Source: a virus
Virus record (IMG/VR): IMGVR_UViG_3300046170_000502
Coordinates: 96,001 to 160,000 of that record
DNA length: 64,000 bases
Strand: one strand, 5' to 3'
Shown here: positions 10,301-17,322 of the stretch, piece by piece
Layout of the letters: each line of letters starts with the position of its first letter
How positions within the stretch are numbered: position 1 is the first letter of the stretch
Notes under the pieces: generated by a model
Database searches by the model: none
The model's input: only the letters and a program-made list of their open reading frames with translations
What the model was told of the DNA's origin: nothing
Translations under genes and position numbers: made by a program

Positions 10301-11373
10301 ACGGGCGTGGTTCTCTAGCGTTTATAAACGGACAAACATCGGATGGTTTAAAGGTAGAAATGATGCGTATCACCTCCGACGGCAACGTAGGTATTGGTAC
10401 TACGAGTCCTGGTGCGAAGTTGGATATAGCTGTTTCCTCAGGTGACGCCGCCTTATTAGTAAGAAATGCTACACAAACATTAAGGTTTGATCAAAATAGT
10501 ATAAGAACAAGCACTAGTAATGATTTAGGTATATTTACTAGTGGAAATTCAGGTCAAATATATTTAAAACAAAGTAATGGTAATGTAGGTATTGGTACTA
10601 CGAATCCTAGTGCGAAACTAACTCTCCCAGCAAGCGAATCTATTTCGTTTGATGACAGTTCTGGAAATAGTAAATGCGAAATTAATTCAGGTGCAGCAGG
10701 AACTCTACAACTACAAGGAGATTTGGACTTAAGATTTAAAACAACTGTTGAAGCAATGCGTATCAACTCCAACGGCAACGTAGGTATTGGTACTACGAAT
10801 CCTAGTGCGGGTCGGTTAGATGTGTGGCAAACAGAGAGTACCTCGGATTCGTGTATTAAAACTGTAAGACCTGGGACTGCAGAGAGAACACATTTAGCTT
10901 TTTATAACGCTAACGGTATTGTCGGCACTATAGAGGCAGGTGGTACTACTACATCATACAATACTAGCTCAGACTACAGATTAAAAGAAAATGTTGTCGA
11001 AGTTGATAATGCAATAGAAAGAGTTAATAAGCTTAAACCTTGTAGGTTTAATTTTATAGCAGATCCAGAAAAAATTGTTGATGGATTCTTGGCTCATGAA
11101 GTTCAAGAAGTTGTACCAGAAGCTATTTCCGGAGAAAAGGATGCCGTTAGAGAAGAAGAGTGCGAAATTGCGCCAGCAGAATTAGATGATGATGGTAATG
11201 TTGTTACTGAAGCCGAAATGGGAACGAAAGAAGTGCCTGAATATCAAGGTATAGACCAAAGTAAACTTGTACCTCTTTTGACCAAAGCAATCCAAGAACA
11301 ACAGAAACTAATTGAATCTCAACAATCAAAAATCAACGACTTGGTATCTCGCGTTGAATATCTAGAATCTTAA
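7396..11373 (+). CDS. Long tail fibre 1 with GNVGIGTTNP modules and C-terminal peptidase-S74 chaperone
   Basis: 54-aa tandem repeats, a lectin-like domain, 7 DNA-conserved GNVGIGTT motifs, and C-terminal SDYRLKEN...GFLAHEV...IDQSKLVPLLTKAIQEQQ. Confidence 0.85.
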   Translation: MAKNKVYLIKSGENSFVEETEGVLGISGGKFGFGTTSPEADVHISGNTQIDGDLSVKGNFSTVNQTTVQIDDKNIELGFVDSPTNLTADGGGITLKGATDKTIIWQNSNSAWNFSDSIHIDSEKSISTKEIKGVNFSGLNLLDESGSGVFIKSGRIGVLNDSPAYDLDVSGSGNFSEGLYVDGNAVVTGEAGKWRDGVSAGDITYTGGKVGISNDSPAYDLDVSGSGNFSAGLYVDGNAVVTGEAGKWRSNSNIGEIIYTGGNVGISNDSPAYDLDVSGSGNFSAGLYVDGNAVVTGEGGKWRDGVSAGDITYTGGNVGISNDSPAYDLDVSGSANFSAGLYVDGNAVVTGEGGKWRDGVSAGDITYTGGNVGIGTDNPIRDFYVDGDARIDGDLEVNSQFKVGQYGAIGDSQPIAHGDIMKWDSTNSKWSVGSNIPGGLVTGEVPLGFIQALPSGSSIYSISFVEEYGAIPSISTDLQIEGEGGIIPYVLSGVSESGYNLVFSREIPNNNYRVHTTFGGRPVYWNTGSSASVNYEDGDVNILRDLTVSGNLTVDGTQLIVNTETIKLEDHNIEIASNATYDSISDAGISWGTDPLGGVSPVSLTYTYGQGFSFGGGSVGIGTTNPSSRLTVNPGSVTNAGTWSDSALAITNPTNIGSYSQISFGYTVGTINAAAYLGFVSTNQGSNGYGDLVFGTRSVNTDTAPTERMRINSNGNVGIGTTNPDAPLTISRTHTNGSPGIDNFITLDATEKSGQNLEAGDGVGILFKVPVESQSSSVGARIAAVREGGTENATSTELVFQVSQQDETLDEAMRIDRDGNVGIGTTNPESVLQVQGKQEYANSASDLATSVTKSALRVRGSNNSSDSLWMGVENVNANPYIQGSNGSGSNAKNISINPFGGNVGIGTTNPGAKLDISSSSTNIDILSTDGDFVNIRNQNSTTNNFSSIGFFDSSNELTSRIASIRGTSNGRGSLAFINGQTSDGLKVEMMRITSDGNVGIGTTSPGAKLDIAVSSGDAALLVRNATQTLRFDQNSIRTSTSNDLGIFTSGNSGQIYLKQSNGNVGIGTTNPSAKLTLPASESISFDDSSGNSKCEINSGAAGTLQLQGDLDLRFKTTVEAMRINSNGNVGIGTTNPSAGRLDVWQTESTSDSCIKTVRPGTAERTHLAFYNANGIVGTIEAGGTTTSYNTSSDYRLKENVVEVDNAIERVNKLKPCRFNFIADPEKIVDGFLAHEVQEVVPEAISGEKDAVREEECEIAPAELDDDGNVVTEAEMGTKEVPEYQGIDQSKLVPLLTKAIQEQQKLIESQQSKINDLVSRVEYLES
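7873..8511 (+). repeat. 162-bp (54-aa) in-frame tandem repeat, ~4 copies
   Basis: AATGATTCCCCAGCTTATGATTTAGATG recurs at 7873, 8035, 8197 and 8359. Confidence 0.95.
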
Positions 11374-11386
11374 TAGAAAGAATAAA

Positions 11387-13850
11387 ATGAAAGACCTAAA
11401 CTCCGAGAACGCATTTTTTGAAAATGTTTCAACCGATAATTTAAATTTCAATAGTGTAAATAACGACACTCCTCAATCAGTTAATGATGTTCTCGCTTGG
11501 AACGGATCAAGTTGGGAAGTTAAGGCCGCCTCAGACCTTGGTGTCGGAGGAGGGGGTGGAGGAGGCTCTACGCCTTCTTCTTTTGTGTCGAATATTCCAG
11601 CTGGAGTTGAGAGTCATGCAATAACATATGGGCCTTTCAGCTCCACTCCAAAAATAGCTTCAAGTTTGGAAATAAATGGGGATGGAGAAATTATTCCATA
11701 TACTATGTCTGGAGTTTCAGCGACGGGATATCACGCAATATTTTCTGACGCAACTCCAAATGCAAACTATAATATTCATACCGTTTTCGGAGGGGAATCC
11801 GCAGGATCTAGTGGGGGAGGCCTAAGCTACAACGAAGTTGTTGTAACTGTATCAGGTGCAAAGTTTTATATCGACGGAACTCAACAGTTACAACTTTCGC
11901 TTCAAAGGGGGCTTTCTTACAGATTTGACCAAAGCGATAGTACTAATTCTGGGCACCCTATCAAATTTAGCACTCTTAGTGACGGAACGCATAATACACC
12001 TGCAGGTAGTGAGTATACTGCCGGAATAGTTTATTCTGGTACTCCAGGCTCTGCTGGAGCTTATACAGAAGTAACTTTAAGCCAGAGTTCTCCTAACTTG
12101 TATTATTACTGCGAAAATCATCCTGGAATGGGGGGCAGTGCCCTTGGCGAAATAATTCTTAAGGCTAATGGCAACGTAGGTATTGGTACTACGAATCCTG
12201 CTGGTACATTAGAATTAAATAGCAGCAGTACTGATACTAACTTTTATATGGGCGGTACTCCAAGTGCTGGCTCAAGAGAGGCTTGGAGGTTTCAAGCTGA
12301 AGGAGATATTTTACATATAGGTCAATCTAAAAGTAGTTATGCTAAATATATGACTTTTTTCGGTAGTAAGGTAGGTATTGGTGCTACGAATCCTTCTCAC
12401 GATTTAACTCTTGGATCAGGAACTTCCGCTGGAACTGCTTCAACAAGGTTAAAAATATACAGAGGCGCAGATGATCCAGGACAAAATCTTGAAATGGGGT
12501 ATGATCATATCACCGTTACGCGAGATGCAAATACATTAGCAAATCCACAATCGACTTTTTCAATCAAACAAAAAGGTAGTGATGGTGAAAGAACAGCAAT
12601 ACATATCAACACCAACGGCAATGTAGGTATTGGTACTGTGAATCCTGGAAATATTTTAAATATCTATGATAGTGCAGCAGGTTCCGCGGGAACATCTGCT
12701 AGCCCTGATTGGTCTGACTCATTATTCCTTCAAAGAAATATTCCAAGCAATTATCAAGGAACAAGAATATTATTTGCGCATGGTAAGGCATCTATCGGTG
12801 GATTTAGGGAAGATAATACTGAGGACGGTGCGCATCATTTGGCATTTTACACGGGTGGAAATATTAGCGGGATTAACGAAGCAATGCGTATTACAAACAC
12901 TGGCGACGTATTGGTGGGGGCGACGAGTATAAATTCAGGATTAGGTGGAGTAGCTCAGTTTGAAGCTTCAAATCCAACCAATGGCGGTATAATTATTAAT
13001 ACTCAGAACTCTAATTTGAATAATTATTGCCGCTTGATGTTTACCGTAGCTAATACTGTAGGTAATGAAGGTTTAATCCGATATAACAGTAACGATTACC
13101 ACATGTCTTTTTGGACTAAAGCTCAAGAAAGAGTCCGTATCAAACAAGATGGCAACGTAGGTATTGGTACTACGAGTCCTAATACATCATTTCATGTAAG
13201 TTCTCAAGTAGGTAATGGTGATGGTACAGTGTTTGTAGAAAATACCTTGGCAACTTATGGAATGGGGTTAAAGGTCAAGGGCGGTGGAAATGTTGACAAT
13301 GAAAGGTTTGCATTAAAAGTTCAAAATGCTGCTGGGGATGATATTCTTTTCGCTCAATCAAAAACAGGCAATGTCGGCATTGGTACTACGGATCCTAGGT
13401 TCATATAAATTATATGTAAATGGTAGTGTTTTTGCCAGTTCATATTACCCTACTTCTGACGACCGCGTCAAACACAACGAACAACCTATCGTTGGCGCAC
13501 TTGAAACACTCTCTAAAATTACACCCAAGAAGTACATCAAAACAACCGAAATGTACGATGTCGATCATGACTTTAAACTTGATTCTGACGGCAATCCGAT
13601 TGATGAGAATGGTGAATCAGTTGAACATCGCATCGAAGCAGGTGTAATCGCGCAACAAGTATTAACCGTTGATGAATTAGCATTTGCGGTTACCCCAGAA
13701 GGTGTAGACGAAGATGAAAATGCTACCAGACCACACGGCCTCGATTACAATAGTTTATTTACTTATGCAATCGCCGCAATTCAAGAACAACAGAAACTAA
13801 TCGAAGACTTGAGGGGCGAAGTAGAGGTTTTAAAAAAACAAATAAATTAA
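11387..13850 (+). CDS. Tail fibre 2 (lectin-like + cupredoxin-like + GNVGIGT modules + S74 chaperone), interrupted by a 1-nt frameshift near 13398
   Basis: ORF 11387-13408 ends GTTDPRFI*. Removing one G at 13398-13399 gives TTDPSSYKLYVNGSVFASS, matching fibre 3 and running into the S74 domain of ORF 13326-13850. Confidence 0.8.
13414..13777 (+). repeat. 364-bp direct repeat, copy 1 (S74 chaperone cassette)
   Basis: Identical by eye to 15547-15910 (offset 2133). Alternative-frame ORFs 13420-13647 and 15553-15780 translate identically. Confidence 0.9.
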
Positions 13851-13856
13851 AAACAA

Positions 13857-15974
13857 ATGAAAGATTTTAAAACAAAAAACGGGTTCTTCACAGGTAATGT
13901 AGGGGTTGGTACTACGAGTCCAATATCACCATTAACAGTACAGGGCCAAAACGACACTACATTCGATAATATTGGTAATGTAACTTTTCTCGGAACAGAC
14001 GCTTACAATTCAAATGCTGGTGCTGGTATTATTTTTGGAGGTAGATACAATTCAGGCAATGATGTAACCACCTTTGGTCAAATATCGAGTATAAAAGAAA
14101 ACAATACCGATGGAGACTATAAAGCAACTTTAACCTTTGGAACTCGTGACGGTTCGACTTCAACAATGGAAAAAATGCGCATCAACTCCAGCGGCAACGT
14201 AGGTATTGGTACTACGAATCCTACATCTCCAAACTCAGTTAATAAATGTTTACACATATATGATGCTGACCATTGTTCACTTGCCCTGAGTGACGCAACT
14301 AATACTTGGGAAATTGTTTCAAATAGCGCTTTTACAATTAGAGAAGGTGTGGATACTAGGCTTAGCATAGACACATCTGGCAACGTAGGTATTGGTACTA
14401 CGAATCCTGTAAGTAAATTTGAAATTTATGGAACTGGAGACTTACTTAGATTATATTCTACTAATGCTGGAGCTGGTGGAGCTCAAATAGATTTAATCCA
14501 TGATTCAAGTTCTCCAGCAGATAATGATTCTGCTGGTTTAATTAATTTTCTAGGTAGAGATGCAGATTCCAATTTAACAACTTGGGCCTCAGTGAGAGGA
14601 ATTGTTAGAGATTTAAATAGTAAGGGCGGAGATATTACTTTCCTTAATAGATTAGGCAGTAATTTTGAAGAAAATATGCGTATCACCTCCAGCGGCAACG
14701 TAGGTATTGGTACTACGAATCCTGGTGCAACTCTCCATGTTAAGGCAAGTGATGATTCTACGAATGCATTGGCTTTCTGGGTAGTAAATAAGGCTCACAA
14801 TAATTCAATTATTTCTGCATATGAAAATGGTGATGTGTCACTTGGTACATTGACCTACAAAGATACATCAGGCAACGTAGGTATTGGTACTACGAGTCCT
14901 ATTGCTAGATTAAATATAGCAAATACAATAGCAGATTCTAATGTTTTCACTATATCGAGGGCGGAAAATGCTACTGTCTCCTTGTTGAGTATTTTTCAAG
15001 ATAGTAGTTGGGATATAGGGGGAGGTCAAGGAAGCGGCATCGCTCACATTAATACAAATAATAGAAATTTAGCAATAACGACATCCAGTGACCAAAGTCT
15101 TGATGGGGGAATATTTATTAACGAATCTGGCAACGTAGGTATTGGTACTACGAGTCCTGGTGCTAGATTAGACATATTAGGCCCCAACTCTACAGGTACT
15201 TTCTTTTCGGCGATGAATGCAGGCGCAGGTGGTACCGAGTTTAAAAGAGTTAATTCGAACTCTTATCCCTACAATCACTTCCTTTTTTACAATGGCCGCG
15301 TAGGTATTGGTACTACGAATCCTGGTTACAACCTTGATGTGCAACAATCTGATGGTAGTTGGGCTTCAAGAATATACAATACTGGTTCCAGTGGTGATGC
15401 CGCAGGTTTGCTTGTTAGGACAGATGCTACTGCTAGCGATAACGCATCAGCTTTCGGTATTTTTACCGATGGTGCATATAAGTTTCTTGTAAAAAGCACC
15501 GGCAACGTAGGTATTAGTACTACGGATACTAGCTCTTATAAATTACATGTAAATGGTAGTGTTTTTGCCAGTTCATATTACCCTACTTCTGACGACCGCG
15601 TCAAACACAACGAACAACCTATCGTTGGCGCACTTGAAACACTCTCTAAAATTACACCCAAGAAGTACATCAAAACAACCGAAATGTACGATGTCGATCA
15701 TGACTTTAAACTTGATTCTGACGGCAATCCGATTGATGAGAATGGTGAATCAGTTGAACATCGCATCGAAGCAGGTGTAATCGCGCAACAAGTATTAACC
15801 GTTGATGAATTAGCATTTGCGGTTACCCCAGAAGGTGTAGACGAAGATGAAAATGCTACCAGACCACACGGCCTCGATTACAATAGTTTATTTACTTATG
15901 CAATCGCCGCGATCCAAGAACAACAGAAACTAATCGAAGATCTTAAAGCTCGAATCGAAACTTTAGAATCTTAG
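13857..15974 (+). CDS. Tail fibre 3 with 8 GNVGIGT-delimited modules and S74 chaperone
   Basis: The motif begins at residue 13. C-terminal SDDRVKHNE...GVIAQQV...LDYNSLFTYAIAAIQEQQ. Confidence 0.85.
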   Translation: MKDFKTKNGFFTGNVGVGTTSPISPLTVQGQNDTTFDNIGNVTFLGTDAYNSNAGAGIIFGGRYNSGNDVTTFGQISSIKENNTDGDYKATLTFGTRDGSTSTMEKMRINSSGNVGIGTTNPTSPNSVNKCLHIYDADHCSLALSDATNTWEIVSNSAFTIREGVDTRLSIDTSGNVGIGTTNPVSKFEIYGTGDLLRLYSTNAGAGGAQIDLIHDSSSPADNDSAGLINFLGRDADSNLTTWASVRGIVRDLNSKGGDITFLNRLGSNFEENMRITSSGNVGIGTTNPGATLHVKASDDSTNALAFWVVNKAHNNSIISAYENGDVSLGTLTYKDTSGNVGIGTTSPIARLNIANTIADSNVFTISRAENATVSLLSIFQDSSWDIGGGQGSGIAHINTNNRNLAITTSSDQSLDGGIFINESGNVGIGTTSPGARLDILGPNSTGTFFSAMNAGAGGTEFKRVNSNSYPYNHFLFYNGRVGIGTTNPGYNLDVQQSDGSWASRIYNTGSSGDAAGLLVRTDATASDNASAFGIFTDGAYKFLVKSTGNVGISTTDTSSYKLHVNGSVFASSYYPTSDDRVKHNEQPIVGALETLSKITPKKYIKTTEMYDVDHDFKLDSDGNPIDENGESVEHRIEAGVIAQQVLTVDELAFAVTPEGVDEDENATRPHGLDYNSLFTYAIAAIQEQQKLIEDLKARIETLES
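15547..15910 (+). repeat. 364-bp direct repeat, copy 2
   Basis: Matches 13414-13777. Confidence 0.9.
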
Positions 15975-17191
15975 AAGTCGCTTAATGCAACTCTTTTCCA
16001 TAAGTCGCCACTCACGCAAATATACATATAATCATTATCATATGTAATTTCTCCTTTTGATCCTATTGAATTACTATTTTCTGGAGTATTATAATTTTGA
16101 AAATTTAATTTATTAAAACTTCCTGATACATTTGATATTGTATTATTTTCTGGCTTATAAAAACTATATAAGTCTCCACTAGTGGTAGTTAAATTATTTT
16201 CGAGCTTTGTTATTTTGTCTCCAGCTTTCCATTTTTTTTCAGTAGAGTCCCATTGTATAGAATTATTTTCTTGACTTGGGTTTACTCCCCCTATTGATCC
16301 AGAGATATTTATTCCTGAAGCATTAATTCCAGAGGGAAAAGTTATTTCGCCCTGCTCTGTAGAAGAAATACTTGTGTTTCCAATGTATAACGAATTGTTA
16401 GATAGGTATAAATGCCTTATTTTATATTCCGCAGAGCCAATATCATATGTTGAGTTTGTATCTGGTATAATGTGTGCGTCCAGGTTGCCATCGAGGTAGT
16501 TGGCTACATCTGTGTCGCTGTAAGTTGTTAAGTTTGCGCTTAAATTTTGCACGAATCCTGAGATTTGACTTATATCCCCTGTGGCGAGATCAACTTTTCC
16601 TGAGATTGTATTAAATCGTGAGTCATCAGAAACCTCTTCGTTGATAAGAACCTGAATGGCCCCTGAGATTTGACTTATATCCCCTGTGGCGAGATCAACT
16701 TTTCCTGAGATTGTATTAAATCGTGAGTCATCAGAAACCTCTTCGTTGATAAGAACCTGAATGGCCCCTGAGATTTGACTTATATCCCCTGTGGCGAGAT
16801 CAACTTTTCCTGAGATTGTATTAAATCGTGAGTCATCAGAAACCTCTTCGTTGATAAGAACCTGAATGGCCCCTGAGATTTGACTTATATCCCCTGTGGC
16901 GAGATCAACTTTTCCTGAGATTGTATTAAATCGTGAGTCATCAGAAACCTCTTCGTTGATAAGAACCTGAATGGCCCCTGAGATTTGACTTATATCCCCT
17001 GTGGCGAGATCAACTTTTCCTGACAGTGAGTTTATTTCTGACGAGTAGTTGATGCCCCCTTGAGTAATGTTAGTTACATAGCTTTCTGTAGCGACTGGTT
17101 GCCCACTTATCGTTATTTGCCCGGTTATTGAAACCTCGTTAGCTTCTAAGGAGTTAAAGATACCACTATCTGTTTTGAAAATCGCTGACAT
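15971..17191 (-). CDS. Fibre-like virion protein with 35-aa coiled-coil repeats
   Basis: Unit SGKVDLATGDISQISGAIQVLINEEVSDDSRFNTI. YDIGSAEYKIRHLYLS and C-terminal GSKGEITYDNDYMYICVSGDLWKRVALSDF are fibre-type motifs. Confidence 0.7.
   Translation of the reverse strand: MSAIFKTDSGIFNSLEANEVSITGQITISGQPVATESYVTNITQGGINYSSEINSLSGKVDLATGDISQISGAIQVLINEEVSDDSRFNTISGKVDLATGDISQISGAIQVLINEEVSDDSRFNTISGKVDLATGDISQISGAIQVLINEEVSDDSRFNTISGKVDLATGDISQISGAIQVLINEEVSDDSRFNTISGKVDLATGDISQISGFVQNLSANLTTYSDTDVANYLDGNLDAHIIPDTNSTYDIGSAEYKIRHLYLSNNSLYIGNTSISSTEQGEITFPSGINASGINISGSIGGVNPSQENNSIQWDSTEKKWKAGDKITKLENNLTTTSGDLYSFYKPENNTISNVSGSFNKLNFQNYNTPENSNSIGSKGEITYDNDYMYICVSGDLWKRVALSDF
16557..17023 (-). repeat. 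Perfect 105-bp tandem repeat, ~4.4 copies
   Basis: CCTGAGATTTGACTTATATCCCC recurs at 16557, 16662, 16767, 16872 and 16977. Confidence 0.95.
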
Positions 17192-17322
17192 ATATTTATA
17201 TACACTTGTTTATTTTTTTATTAAAAAAAAATCTTGTAAAAAATCGCAGAATCCCTGTGTAGGACTGCGGTTTAGCTTAAAATGCAATTTCCCAAAAATA
17301 GACAATCAATGTATATATTTAT

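Larger units (their letters stand above)
9244..15530 (+). repeat. Dispersed 30-bp in-frame repeat GGCAACGTAGGTATTGGTACTACGAATCCT (GNVGIGTTNP), ~20 copies
   Basis: Copies start at 9244, 9538, 9850, 10096, 10381, 10579, 10774, 12170, 12365, 12617, 13151, 13367, 13893, 14193, 14379, 14694, 14871, 15129, 15294 and 15501. Eight are exact and four have one mismatch. Confidence 0.95.

Noticed and set aside
9459-14698. Minus-strand ORFs 9459-9782, 9897-10385, 10554-10778, 14117-14383 and 14483-14698
   Set aside because: Antisense shadows of the fibre genes. The recurrent VVPIPTLP is simply the reverse complement of GNVGIGTT.
9244-15530. CRISPR array (30-bp repeats with unique spacers)
   Set aside because: Spacers are 135-285 bp, variable and in frame within long ORFs. 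The repeat is not palindromic and there are no cas genes. It is coding, and is reported as a finding instead.
13414-15910. Diversity-generating retroelement TR/VR pair
   Set aside because: The copies are identical rather than differing at adenines, they encode the chaperone rather than a variable tip, and no reverse transcriptase is in the window.
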